The notes: generated from the sequence alone by a model not told the origin. DNA of 59,255 bases, filler included, from Pirum gemmata (GCA_002812295.1; 8 parts of 8 records of this genome joined end to end with filler, not necessarily neighbours in it), one strand, 5' to 3'. Numbered from the whole stretch's first letter, positions 36,145 through 49,765 are shown. Translations and numbers: made by a program.

Positions 36145-36524
36145 TGTGCCATCACTTTTTACTGCGTCATCACTCATTTACTGCGTCATCACTCGTTTAC
36201 TGCGTCATCACTCGTTTACTGCGTCATCACTCGTTTACTGCGTCATCACTCGTTTACTGCGTCATCACTTTATTGCGTCATCATTCGTTTATTGCGTCAT
36301 CATTCGTTTATAGCGTCATCATTCGTTTATTGCGTCATCACTCGTTTACTGCGTCATTATTTGTTTATTGCGTCATTATTTATTTACTGCATCATCACTC
36401 GTTTATCATCACTCATTTACTGTGTCATCACTCGTTATGTCATCACTCGTTATGTCATCACTCGTTATGTCATCACTCGTTATGTCATCACTCGTTATGT
36501 CATCACTCGTTTACTGCGTCATGA
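36145..36524. repeat. Minisatellite: 19-mer TTTACTGCGTCATCACTCG and derived 15-mer TTATGTCATCACTCG
   Basis: Direct reading. Confidence 0.93.
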
Positions 36525-36557
36525 CTAAAAAAAACATGTGAACTGAGGAAAACCTCG

Positions 36558-36682
36558 AGAACACATTCGAACAGTATTCGAACTCGATATGATAGACTTT
36601 TTTTGTTTGTTGACCTCTAGAGAACACATTCGAACAGTATTCGAACTCGATATGATAGACTTTTTTTGTTTGTTGACCTCTA
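36558..36682. repeat. ~62-bp tandem duplication
   Basis: GAGAACACATTCGAACAGTATTCGAACTCG...GACCTCTA twice. Confidence 0.9.
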
Positions 36683-37029
36683 GCTAGCTAGCTAGCTGCG
36701 TAAAGAGTCTAGCTAGACCAGGCAATGATCATTGAATGATGGTCTATATGAATTACAATTGCCCCCAATTCTCCAACAATAGTATCAGCAGACCACAGCT
36801 GGCCATGGGGGTTTAATAGCTCTTCTGCCAATAGCTGCTCTTCCTCAGGTGTAAGGGTTGTTTCAGGCTCTCTTGTTGTTGTTGTTGTTCTTGTGTTTCG
36901 CCCTCCCCACCTCCCACCTCCCACCTCTTNNNNNNNNNNNNNNNNNNNNNNNNNNNNNNNNNNNNNNNNNNNNTTAATTAATTAANNNNNNNNNNNNNNN
37001 NNNNNNNNNNNNNNNNNNNNNNNNNNNNN

Positions 37030-37755
37030 AGGGGAGAGAGGAGAGAGGAAGGGGAGAGAGGAGAGAGGAAGGGGAGAGAGGAGAGAGGAAGGGGGGAGAG
37101 GAGAGAGGAAGGGGAGAGAGGAGAGAGGAAGGGGAGAGAGGAGAGAGGAAGGGGGGTGAGGGAGAGAGGAAGGGAGAGAGGGAGAGAGGAAGGGAGAGAG
37201 GAGAGAGGAAGGGAGAGAGGCGGGGAAGGAGAAAGGTGGTAATGTTAATGGTAATTGGAAAATGGTAAATGGTAATGGTAAATGGTAAACGGCAATCGGT
37301 AATTGATCATTGGTATTTGGTAATTGGTAATTGGTAATTGGTAATTGGTAATATGGTAATTGGTAATTGGTAATTGGTAATTGGTAATTGGTAATTGGTA
37401 ATTGGTAATTGGTGTTATTGGTGATTGTTGGTAATTGGTATCATTGGTATTATTGGTATTATTGGTATTATTTGGTATTATTGGTATTATTGGTATTATT
37501 GTGTAATTGGATTGGCAATTGGTAATGGGTAATTGGTATTTGGTATTTGGTATTTGGTATTTGGTATTTGGTATTTGGTATTTGGTATTTGGTAATTGGT
37601 ATTTGGTATTTGGTAATTGGTAAATGGTAATTGGTCATTGGTCATTGGTCATTGGTCATTGGTCATTAGTCATTGGTCATTGGTCATTGGTCATTGGTCA
37701 TTGGTCATTGGTCATTGGTAATTGGTCATTGGTATGGTATTAGTAATGGTAATTA
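37030..37755. repeat. GA-rich 20-mer array followed by (ATTGGT)-variant arrays
   Basis: Direct reading. Confidence 0.9.
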
Positions 37756-38129
37756 TTAAGTTGATAATGCAAAGGTAATGCATGATTATTACCTTTTTGA
37801 AATGCTGCATTTTCATATTTATCAGGGTCTGGGCATTCTTCAGAAGCTGCGCTAACTTGAGCTAATATGCACAATGCCGCGGCAAAAAATAGCATTTTAT
37901 TTATTTGTATAAGTGTATATATTGTAAATCGTTATTACTAGTATTTGTCACTAGTAAGTAATTTTTATTATTGTTTTTAGTGTTTTTTCCCTTTTTTATT
38001 ATTATTATTATGATACTAAGTACTATAATAATATTATTAAAAAATGTAGTTGTTTTCCTGTTTTTTTTTATTTTATTTTTTTGTTACTTTTGTTTGTGGT
38101 ATGGTATGCACTCACTTTCCGTTTTTGCT

Positions 38130-38193
<64 letters not shown>

Positions 38194-38769
38194 TATGACA
38201 TATATTTGATAAAGCCCTAATGCTTATATATAGACTATACCAGTAGATATATTTTTTCCCCAAGCTTTTTCAGGTTTTTCAAGTGTTTTTCAATAGAGTA
38301 TCATAAGTGCAACTAGCTAGCTACTAGCTAGCTAGAAGAGAGCTAGCTAGCTAGTAGTGGAGCTCAAGCTAGAGCTCGCTATGATATCGATATCATATCA
38401 TAGTATGATAATATGATATCATCATATAGGAGGTATGATAACCAGAGGAGGTATGATAGTAGAACTAGTAGGTAACTATCCGATAGTAGGTAGTAGTTAA
38501 CTATACAAGTTAACTATAATAAAAGAATTATTTTTTTAAAAAAAACTTTGATAATTTATTTATATTGAATTATTTATATATTAATAATAATAAATTTAAT
38601 TAATATAGTTAGACTCTCGTCAGAGTCACAGACAGTTGGTAGTTCGCCACTTCACCATGATTATTGTGATATATCGTATTATAAATGGACATCTCCTGGT
38701 TTACTTTACAAATTAAGTAAATATAGACTGTCAATACAGTATCAATACTGTATCAATACTTTTTTTTAT

Positions 38770-39760
38770 TTTCCCGTCAATATCACATGACAATAAGAAT
38801 TTATACAGTGTTTTATACTTGCCTAATAATTAAATATGACATAATATCATAAAGACATATCATATTATAACTGATATCAATCAACTTTAAATTTTATCAT
38901 AATATTTTTTAAAAAAAAAAAATATTGTGTATCGATGCTACTAGATCTCAGTGCTAGATCTTGTACATGTGTAATCGGTAATCTGTTTTATTTTTGTCTT
39001 TGTAGTTTATTGTTTATTGCTTATAATTATTGTTTATCAGTGGACATCATTTATTAATATTGTTTATCATTTATCATCGAATTAGTGATAATATTTTACT
39101 GTTTGTGTTTGTTGTTTACTTTTTACTGTTTTGTACATCATTACATGTTTATGGTTTATGGTTTACAGTTTATGGTTTTGATTTACAGTTCATGATTTAT
39201 GGTTTATGGTTTGTTGTTTATTTTCCATTAGTTTATTTGTTGATTACTGGTTATTGTTTTGTTTTAATACGTTTACTTTCCTGAACTCTTTCCTGTCAAT
39301 ATCGTATGATAATTAAAGAATTTATACAGTCTTTTAATACTTTCCTAATAATCCTTTATATAACGTATTCTATCTGATATCAATCAACTTTAATTAAATT
39401 TTATCCTCATATAATATTTAAAATATTGTGTTACTTTGTGTATCGATGCTAGATCTTGTATAATCTAGTTTTATTTTTGTCTTTGTAGTTTATTAATTGT
39501 TTTTATTGCTTATTGCTTATCATTTATCATTTATCATTAAATTTTATTGTTTAAATTTGTCGTTAACTTTTCACTGTTTTGTACATGTATATATGGTTTA
39601 TGGTTTATGGTTTATGGTTTATGGTGTATGGTTTTAGTTTTGGTTTACAGTTTATTAATACAGTTTATGGTTTATGGTTTATTGTTTTTTGTTTATTTTC
39701 CATTGTTAGTTTATTTGTTGATTATTGGTTATTGCTTTATTAATTTAGTTTTTTATTGTT
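38770..39760. repeat. Diverged ~500-bp tandem duplication
   Basis: GTCAATATC..AAGAATTTATACAGT..TGTGTATCGATGCTA..ATGGTTTATGGTTT at ~38775 and ~39295. Confidence 0.8.
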
Positions 39761-40937
39761 ATTATTTACTGTTATTAAAATAAACAACTGTTTACTTATA
39801 ATTACTTATAGTTTATTATTAAATACGTATTAATATTACTTATTACTTCTTATTACATACGTACGCGTTAATAAAAGTTTTGTTTATGTTCATTTCTTCA
39901 CATTTCAGTGCTGCAATCGATTGATAGCCTATTTTATTTTCACTTGTTTGGGTCACAAGTTGGGTGTACCATTGTAACTTAGCTATAGCTATTTTTAAAA
40001 ACTCATTGTTTTAAAAGTGGTTTTAATTATTAAACACTGTTCTGGTTATTTATATAATAAGCTTAATTAAGTAAAGGATAGTCGATAATCATATGCATGA
40101 GACCTACGATCACCTACCACGTGTACACTCTCATGAGTCTCTCATACTATTTACAAATATGATAATATGATAATGCATTGTGTTCACAGAAGGTGTTCAA
40201 AAGATACAAAGTATAGTTGAAAATAGTTTTCAAAATATGAGTTGAACTGAACTCCTTGGGTTATTATTATAAATAATTAATCTCTGGTGTAATTAATCTA
40301 TGATAATTATGATTAATCGTCCTCAATCCAGGCTTATTATATAATCCAGCAAGGTCGTAGAGGCAAGGTCTTTGGAACAGTTTTGAAGCAACGGTTCAAC
40401 TCCTTGTTCAAGTCTGTAGGTATTACTAATTACAAGTGCCTGACAGGTTCAAGATAATAGACTCTAGCTAGCTACTAGAGCTACTAGTAGCTAATAGCTA
40501 TCGTAGATGATGTGTTGAGGTGTTACTATATTTGGTATTTATATATACATATATGGCATGTATTATTTGGTATTTATATATACATATATGTAGTAGTAGA
40601 GTGCTGTTGCGCTGTAGACTCGGCTAGCTAGCTAGCTACCACTAGAAAGAGTATCGTAGAAAGTGCATCATAGAAACTGTAGAAAGACCTGTAGAGTCTG
40701 TAGAAAGACTGTAGAAAGGTACTCTCAACTATTTAATTTTAAAATAGCTACTGTAGAGTTACTGTAGCTAGCTAGCTAGCTAGAGCTGATATTGATAAAA
40801 CTTTGATGAAGTCAAACTCCTTTACTATAATAATATTATGATAGTTTGACTATGATATCATGATATCGATAATATTATGATATCATAATGAATAATAGAT
40901 AGTCTAGTAACTATGATAGCTAGCTAGCTAGTATTAA

Positions 40938-41095
40938 GGGAGCGTTCAAATACTACGTAACGCCAATTTCTGGTCATATACTACTTCAAATACCCCTACC
41001 TACCTACCCCTCGACGTTAATTAATATCTGGTAAAATACCACCTACCTACCTACCCTTGACGTGACGTATAATCACATATTATTTGAATGCTCCC
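40938..41095 (+). mobile_element. PIF/Harbinger-type MITE (family C), complete
   Basis: TIRs GGGAGCGTTCAAATA / TATTTGAATGCTCCC with TAA target duplication on both sides. Confidence 0.9.
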
Positions 41096-41477
41096 TAACT
41101 CTATCAATGCTCTCAGTATCAATATCGATACCCTACTAGCTAGCTACTAGTAGCTAGCTAGGTAGAAGACCCCCAGTCAACTACTCTGGTATACCGTATA
41201 GACCCGGGGGGTCTATAGACTATGATATATTATGATATCATAGGCTATATCCAGGAACCACCTCCCTTTTTTCCTCTTTTTTGGGATCTTTGCTTCAGGG
41301 GAACATTCTATAAAAAGGACGCTATCGATACTTATTCTTTGATAGAAGTCATTGTTCGAAAGTGTGACTTAAACTGTTTTAGGCAGTAGTTAATTATTAA
41401 AATGAACTTTAAAATTATGACCAAAAGTTGTTCGTTAGAGGTTAGCTCTAGTAGCTATCATACTATGATAGCTATCA

Positions 41478-41652
41478 TATCGTCTATTTCATTACAGTTG
41501 TCCTTTCTATCTTTAATTTTGTACCGTTCAATTGTATAATTGAACTTTTTTATAAATATAAAATTACTATATAAAATATAAAATTAATTAAAACATGACC
41601 AATTAATTATAATTTGGTAAGCTTATTTCAGTATTTGAACTGGACAACACTA
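41478..41652 (+). mobile_element. Repeat family B
   Basis: TATCGTCTATTTCATTACAG...TGAACTGGACAACACTA. Confidence 0.8.
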
Positions 41653-42521
41653 TATTGAATACTCCCCCCCCCCAGACTAGCTAGCTAGTCCAGTCGAGCT
41701 AGCTACTAGCTAGCTAGCTAGTAGCTGTGTCTTTCTTTTTTTTAAAATCTATTTTTTAAAAAGAGGAGTTACTCAGGAGTATCAATCTAAAATCTAAGCG
41801 GTTAAAAGCTGACGATATGGGAAGATGATGAGAGATTATGATAGGTGAAATTGTGGACTCGAAATTGCCCAAAAAATACTTACAAATAAAGTGGCGTTCG
41901 AATGATCAAATTCAATTTCGAGCTTTTTTATTATTTTTTTTACCAACATTATAGCTAGCTAGCTAGCTAGTAGATTCACTACCAATCAACTTGGTAGACC
42001 GTAGACCTATCTAGATTCGATATTAGCTATGTATATCGATACATTATACATAGTAACAAGTACAGTTGAAGTACTGCATTATAACTATGATAATATCATA
42101 CTTACGGTCTATTATTATTTATTATTATAATGATATTATTATTAATTATAAATATTCTACTATTGATATCGATTATGCATATAATACTATATGAGCTACT
42201 ATATGTCATATAGTATATTATTATTATATGATATGATATAAATAATCAAAGATATCTGGGTTATAATTTTCTGTTACTATTTTTTTTTTTCTAACAGCCA
42301 AGCTGGGTAAAACTGTAGAAATCTTTTTTTTTAGTCTTCTTTTCTATCAATAGCTATAGTCAGATAATAGTCTATAGAACTAAAGTTTAGTAGTGAAGTG
42401 TGAAGCTTACTACTATCAATAGCTACTGCTATCATACTATATTTTTAATTAAAATAAAGCTAGCTACTAGAGTCTACAGAGGTGATGTTTAGTTTAATAG
42501 TAGTCGTTTAGTTTAGTCATC

Positions 42522-42566
<45 letters not shown>

Positions 42567-42848
42567 AACTAGAGCTAGCTAGCTAGCTAGCTAGGCTATG
42601 ATAGCTATCGACTACTACTAGCTAGCTAGCTAGAGAGTAGAGAGGGGTCGGTCTAGACCCTCGTCTATATCGATAGCTAGCTAGCTAGCTATCCGATAGT
42701 CATAGAGAATTTTGGAGACCTGTTCAATGATGTTGAAGTAGACTATCATAAAAAAAACTCTAGCTAGTCGAGACTCGAGACTCGATAGTACCAAGTAGTC
42801 AAAGGCTAGTCGAGAGTCGAGACTCGATAGTAGTAGTAGTATACTATA

Positions 42849-42993
42849 GGGAGCATTCAAATACTATATAACGCCAATTTTTGGTCAAATACAGCTTCAA
42901 ATACCCCTACCTACCTACCCCTCGACGTTAATTTCCGGTCAAATACCACCTACCTACCTACCCCTTGACGTGACGTATTTTTTGAATGCTCCC
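42849..42993 (+). mobile_element. PIF/Harbinger-type MITE (family C), complete
   Basis: GGGAGCATTCAAA...TTTGAATGCTCCC. Confidence 0.88.
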
Positions 42994-43666
42994 ACTATTA
43001 GGTAGTAAAAAGTAAAAAAAAAAAAAACTCTAGCTAGCTAGCTATGATATCATAGGTGAGACACCCCAAGTTTTAGGCTCGTCTACTTGAAAAAAGTTGA
43101 CAAAACAGGACATTATTGCATTTTGAAGTTGCATTTTATCAACAAAAAAGGCTAGTTTTTTAAGATAAAAAAATTGGTAAAATTACAAATAAGCAATTAC
43201 AATTCCAAATAGGTAACATACTCATGTTAACCAATAGATGTCAAGTCAATTCATCCCAAAAAAAATTTTTATCTAACTTTGGAGACTCTTTGGGCAGCTC
43301 TTTGGGCACACTCTTTGACACTCTTTGGAGTCTCTTAGGAGTCTCTTTGGAGTCTGGATTTGCACTTCTGAGACTGTGAATCTGATTTCTATTTTTTTTA
43401 GTATTATTATCAGTGTTGCTACTGTTATTTCTGATTCTGAGTGATTTCTGAAATTCTGATCTCGACTTCTGATGTTCTGAAGTTCTGAGTCCTGAGACTC
43501 AGACTCCTGGCTGTGTGATTATTTTTTTTTATTATGATCGGATAATAAAAAAGTAACAATTTTTTTTTTTTTTTATGATAATCATATATAATATCGTGCA
43601 TTTCATTTATTTTGTCACTCCGGGTTATAATCTAGCTATGATGGTCAATTCTAGTCAGAGTTGTGA

Positions 43667-43790
43667 GTCCCGAAGATTTCCGGGACGGCCGTCCCGATCC
43701 GGAGTTTCCGGATCGATCCGAAACCCCTTTCGGACGCTTCGGAGCGAATCGGACGGATCCGAAAAAGTCTCCGGATCGCTTCGGATAGTA
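43667..43790. other. GC/CpG-rich cluster of overlapping palindromes
   Basis: GTCCCG..CGGGAC, GGGACGGCCGTCCC, GATCCGGA..TCCGGATC, TCCGAAA..TTTCGGA, ATCCGAA..TTCGGAT. Confidence 0.75.
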
Positions 43791-44316
43791 AAAATGATGT
43801 CATAGACTCAGTCTCATAGATTCTGCTTAAGTTAGGAACCTTAGTTAGGGTTTGGGGCTAGCTAGGGTCTATATTTTATATAACATATTTTTAGGACAGG
43901 AAAGAAAAATCAAAAAAATAAAAAATTATTAATAGTCGACTAGCTAGTAGTAGACAGTAGCCCAGCTGAGTAGGCTGTCTAGCCAGAAGATGAAAATTTT
44001 TTATCTGGTATTTTTCATAATCAGCTGGATATAAATNNNNNNNNNNNNNNNNNNNNNNNNNNNNNNNNNNNNNNNNNNNNTTAATTAATTAANNNNNNNN
44101 NNNNNNNNNNNNNNNNNNNNNNNNNNNNNNNNNNNNTCCTCTCTTCAAAAACAGATGCAAAATTTTATTAAAGATAATCATCATTATTGTTAATATTTAA
44201 GTGAAAGAAAAAAATAATCAAATACTTGAAATTTAATAACTATATATTATTAATATAATTTATAAATTTTACATAATAATAATAATAATAATATAATAAA
44301 TAAACTTTAGAAAAAA

Positions 44317-44819
44317 ATGAAATTCTTTGGCTTTATTATTCTATTTATAAGCTGTAACTCGGTTTTGGCAACTCCCAATACCCCTACTACAGCTGGGGTG
44401 AAGAATACCATTTGTTTTGTGGGCGCTACACCAAATTTCTTCAAAGTAGGCCATACTGCAGTCCGATCTATAAGACTTAGTAAAGATTTCGCTGCCTCTG
44501 AAGTACAAATGCGACTTGGTGTCATACTGCAAATGAAAATAGAATAATGGAATCCTGGGATGTACAAGGTGTACAATAATGGAAGAATATGATACAAAAA
44601 AGAAAAGATAAAATAGACCATCTGAAACAACAAATAAGAGAATTTAGTTTTTTAAAATTTTACACAGATCTTAGTGATCATAATTTAATTTACACTACCA
44701 TCACAAATAAAACCCCTGAGGAAATAGCTAGTAGTAGAGTTAGGATACCTATAGCGAAAAATGAAAATTTCAGAGTCATATTGAAGGGATGTCAACCTTC
44801 CTCTGAAATATTTTTATGA
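44317..44819 (+). pseudogene. Decayed putative secreted protein
   Basis: Signal-peptide-like MKFFGFIILFISCNSVLA; complex coding sequence continues past TAA 44547 and a frameshift. Confidence 0.5.
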
Positions 44820-44832
44820 TCACCTGATATCA

Positions 44833-45004
44833 TATCGTCTATTTTATTACAGTTATCCTCTCAAAGTCCTCTCAATCTTTAATTTGGTACTGTTTACTTG
44901 TTTATAAAATACAACATTAAAAGTAGAAAAGACCAAATTAATTAAAACATGCCTGATAATAATAATTTGGTATGTTTATTTCAGTTTTTGAACTGGACAA
45001 CACT
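44833..45004 (+). mobile_element. Repeat family B
   Basis: Family B body. Confidence 0.8.
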
Positions 45005-45117
45005 GATAGTATTAAAAGCTAGAGCTAGCTCACTGGCTGGTAATTAGTAGATTAGTAATTAGTAGTAGTACTACTACTATTAGAGCTAAGATGAATATTA
45101 TTATTATAATATGAATA

Positions 45118-45332
45118 CTATAATAATAAGAAGAAGAATAGGTTAGGGTTAGGGTTAGGGTTAGGGTTGGGGAGTGTTGGGGTTAGGGTTAGGGTTAGGG
45201 TTAGGGTTAGGGTAGGGTTGGGGTTGGGGTTGGGGGTGGGGTTAAGATTGGGGGTTAGGGTTACTAATAATAATATAGAAATAATATTAATAATAGTAAG
45301 TGTATACGTATTAATTAATAGTAATACTGTGC
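45118..45332 (+). repeat. Repeat with an internal (TTAGGG)n tract; inverted partner at 47915-48087
   Basis: Unique flanks on both sides of the telomeric tract are reverse complements between the two copies. Confidence 0.85.
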
Positions 45333-45473
45333 TTTTCATTTATTTTGTCACTCCATTTGGTTGGTTATAGTATTTAAATTGCCAAATAAAATGAAATGGG
45401 TTTATGTTGTATTAATTTATAATAGTATTCTTTATTTTATATTTTATAATGACAAAACAACTGAAAAGCACGA
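45328..45473 (+). mobile_element. MITE family A, internally deleted
   Basis: Both TIRs present. Confidence 0.82.
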
Positions 45474-45735
45474 TTATGATAAAACTTTATCATATTAATA
45501 CTATCATTCTATAATAGCTATTCAAGTAGCTAGTTTGACCTACTACTGGCTAGTAGTAGCTACTCCCTATGGCCTAGCTAGCTGAAAATTTTATGATATT
45601 ACTAGCAGTGGAAATAAAAAACTACTAAACTATACTTAAACTATTATATTATATTATAGTTATAGCAACAACAATAACACAATAACAAACCAACCCCAAC
45701 AACCCCAACAACCCCAACAACATAATATTATGCTA

Positions 45736-45875
45736 TCGTGCTTTTCATTTATTTTCTCACTCCGAATATTTATTTGGTTGTTTATAATATTTAAATTGAT
45801 ACTTTTATTATCCATTTATTCATTTAACAATGTCAATTAAAAAATTATAACCAACCAAATAAATGAAAAGCGCTA
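45736..45875. mobile_element. Chimeric MITE A made of two left ends tail-to-tail
   Basis: First half is a family A left end; second half matches 48551-48642 (inverted left end). Confidence 0.75.
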
Positions 45876-47914
45876 CATGATAATATTATATTTTAAGTAA
45901 AGTGTGTCAGTGTATGTCTATATTTATAAACTAAATACTAAAAATAGTAATAAAAATACATAGCCCTATATTTGGAAAGTAGACATTGTCACATTGACCT
46001 TACTATTGGTCAGATTAGCATCCTGTTTGAAACAAGTGCCATTACTCTTATTCATATAATATTAATATTAATACTATTACTATTATTCTTATTCATGCTA
46101 TTATTATTACTAATTTTATTATAATTTACTATTACTACTAATATTACTATTTACTATATTACTATTAATATTATTCTTATTCTTACTAGTACTATTAATT
46201 ACTATATAAATTATTTTTCTATAATTATAATTATAATTACTATTACTATTACTATTGTCATTTACTATTATAATGCTATTAATATAAATATTTACTATTA
46301 CTATTTGCTACTCCTATTTTTATAACTATTACTATTACTATTATCATTATAATTTATTATTACCGTATATTACGCTTACTATTACTATTACTATTACTAT
46401 TACTATTACTATTACTATTACTATTACTATTACTATTACTGTTACTGTTAATAACGTGTTTACTATTACTACTACTCTATGTATTAAATTACTATTATAT
46501 AAATATTATTTCTGATACAATTATTAATACTATTGCTATAGCTATATAGTACTGTTATTATTTCTGATACTATATTTTATGGTTTTTATATTACTAAAAA
46601 TGGTGAAAACGTCTTAATTTTACTTAATTTGGTTATTAATTGGCTAAAGTTACTTAAAAAAAGGGAATCAAGTACAAGGTCTAATATATATGCAACCCAC
46701 AAGAGCTATACTGTGGGATTATCATTATTTTTTTCTAATTTTTATCAATTTTTTTGACAAATGTGTTTGTCTTCTAAAAATTTTGTTACTAAATAGAACT
46801 TAACTAGAAGTATTTAGTTTGCCATTGGATTTCAGGATTTTTACATAATATTATTACTATTATTATTACTATTATTATAATATATTATTACTTGATTATT
46901 ACTAGTACTTATGTTATTATAATTATTATTACTGTTATTATATTTCAATTACCATTACTAATAATAATAATATTATTATTACTATTATTAGCATTAGCAT
47001 TATTATTATTATTATTGATATTATTGTATATTATTACTGTTATTATATTTCAATTATCATTACTAATATTAATATTTTAATATTATTATTAATATTATTA
47101 CTATTATTAGTATTACCATTAATATTATTATTATTATTATTGATAGTATTATACATTATTACTTGATTGTTACTTTACCAGCTCACGTGACTTCTTTCAA
47201 AAATAAAACTATGAAAAAATCATCACTGTGCATGTTCTTATTATCATTAATTACTATAATTAACTATCACTATTATTATTATTACTATTACTATTATGAC
47301 TTATTACTTATTATTACATGTTAATTGTTATACCTATTTACTATTCTTATTAATATTTATAATTATTATTGTTATTAATTACTATTACTTTATTATTATT
47401 ATTATTATTATTTAATTATAATTTCCATCACTAATCACGCTGGACTATTGAATTATTTATAAATTTTTTTAAAAATTTAATGTTTTCGACCATAGATTCT
47501 GAGCGAATATTATACATCAGATTTATATAATATATAGTCTACCTACAAGTACGAAAATAGCCGAAAGCAAATGAAATTAGTATTACTTTAGTATTACTAA
47601 AAATAAAGTGAAAATGAAAATAAGCTTCTTTTCCTGATCTTGAATTCCTTGGTCAAAATTGGAATGGTATGATTAATGGAATTTTTTCCCTTATTCACTC
47701 TTTTTTCTCAGTCTTATTTATAGCCAATAAGCGCATTTAAAGTTTCCTTACTGGCCTACGAGTAGCTACCCGACTTAATTTTGTATCCTAGATTTTGTAC
47801 TGATTTTGTGTAGATTTTATGATTTTGTATTTTTTTTTTTTTTGAGGCAACTTTACAATGTTTACAATGGCATTTCAACTTTACATACATATATTAATTA
47901 ATAAATGAAAACCA

Positions 47915-48087
47915 CGTGCACATTATTACTATTAATTAATACGTATACGCTTATCCATATTATTGTTATTTCTATATTATTATTAATAACCCTAACCCTA
48001 ACCCTAACCCTAACCCTAACCCTAACCCTAACCCTAACCCTAACCCTTAACCCTAACCTTAACCTATTCCTCTTCTTAGTAGTATAT
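47915..48087 (-). repeat. Inverted copy of the telomere-tract-containing repeat at 45118-45332
   Basis: TTACTATTAATTAATACGTATAC...(CCCTAA)n...AACCTATTCCTCTTCTTA. Confidence 0.85.
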
Positions 48088-48134
48088 TATATCAATAGAC
48101 TATCCGTGGATACAGATAGATAAACAGTACCGGT

Positions 48135-48352
48135 AGTTGTGTACATCAGTAGTTCAAAAACTGAAATAAACGCACCGAATTATTATTATGATTAAACTTT
48201 CAGACATGTTTTTTATACTTTTTAAAAAAAAATGACTCTTAATGTATATCAATAATAATAATATGTTGTATTTTTATAAACAAGTTTGATTTACACTTAA
48301 AAACAGTACCAAATTAAAGATTGAGAGGACAATTGTAATAAAATAGACGATA
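48135..48352 (-). mobile_element. Repeat family B
   Basis: Reverse complement of the family B body. Confidence 0.8.
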
Positions 48353-48459
48353 GCTAGCTAGCTAGTCTACCACATGATGATTGGGTCCACATCACATAGA
48401 CTAGTGGCGGTTCTCATCAATTATCATCTCATCATGGTAGACTGTTGTGTGGTAGACTG

Positions 48460-48643
48460 TTGTGCTTTTCAGTTGTTTTGTCATCATAAATTATACAATA
48501 AACAGTACCGAATTAATACAATACAAATCCCTTTCATTTAATTTGGTATATTTTATTATCCATTTATTCATTTAACAATGTCAATTAAAAAATTATAACC
48601 AACCAAATACATATTCGGAGTAACAAAATAAATGAAAAGCGCT
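48460..48643 (-). mobile_element. MITE family A; a further degenerate copy at ~48822-48943
   Basis: GTGCTTTTCAGTTGTTTTGTCA...AATGAAAAGCGC. Confidence 0.85.
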
Positions 48644-49617
48644 TTAGTTCTTCTCGTGTATCTATCTAATCTATTGAAAATTTTGGAGTTTTCGTTTGTT
48701 TTGTAGGAGTTTTGTCATAAACATATAATAATTATTATGTATATACAAATTACACAATAAAAAATACAAACTAATTTATAATACTTTTATAATAATAAAT
48801 ATAATGATGCCATTTGAATAATTCGCAATTGGTTTGTTTTAATTTATATACTAAATTTTATTGACTCACGTTTAGACTATATGTTTCAAAGTACCAAAAC
48901 TAAAAAGTCGGTAAAAAGTCGGTGACAATAAAAATGAAAAGCAGGATTTATATATAATATTATTATGATATATTAATATATTATAAATGTACAATATTGA
49001 AATAAGTGCCATATTCAGTTCAAACTGAATGTTATGCTAAAAAAGAGTCTATATATATTGGCCTAGATACTAAAACTCTACAAAATTTACTTGACTATAA
49101 ATAGTCTTTATATATTATGATAATATTGATCATATATATCATATATATCATATTATTATCATATAAATGTTTTTAGTTTGTCAGTCGATAGAGCTAGCTT
49201 GGTCAATAGAGTCTAATATCACTCTAATATCATATTTCAATTTATAACGAGATTTTTAAAAAATTTTATTATAATAAAATTTTTAAAAAATTTTATTATA
49301 ATAAAAACCAACACACTCCAAGTACTCCAAGTCACCAATCCAACACCTGATCATGAAATATCTATATATTATATATCTACGCAATTAAGAAATCCATGTG
49401 TCTTAAAAATAGGAATTTCAAGTCTTATTTTATTGGCTTTTAAGTTACTAAAAATGGTTAAAAGTCTTAGTTTTTTCTTTATTTGGTTATTTATTTATTT
49501 TTTTATTTTTTTATTTTTTTTTTGGTTTACAAAGTCGAAAGGAAAGGTTCCGAAAAATCTAAACATGGAATTGAATCTAGAAGGGTATTTTTGTCAACTA
49601 AGATATTTAAATTGGTA

Positions 49618-49653
<36 letters not shown>

Positions 49654-49765
49654 TCTTTAATCGACATCTGGCTGGATACACTTTTTTTTTTTTGAGCAAT
49701 ATAGTATTTCATATGGGTCATGTGAAAAAACCAATAAAAATAATTAGAAGTTCATCTATTGTATA

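Noticed and set aside
36709..36924. Protein-coding fragment (EEEQLLAEELLNPHGQLWSAD)
   Set aside because: Short, at a contig edge, no recognisable family; insufficient support
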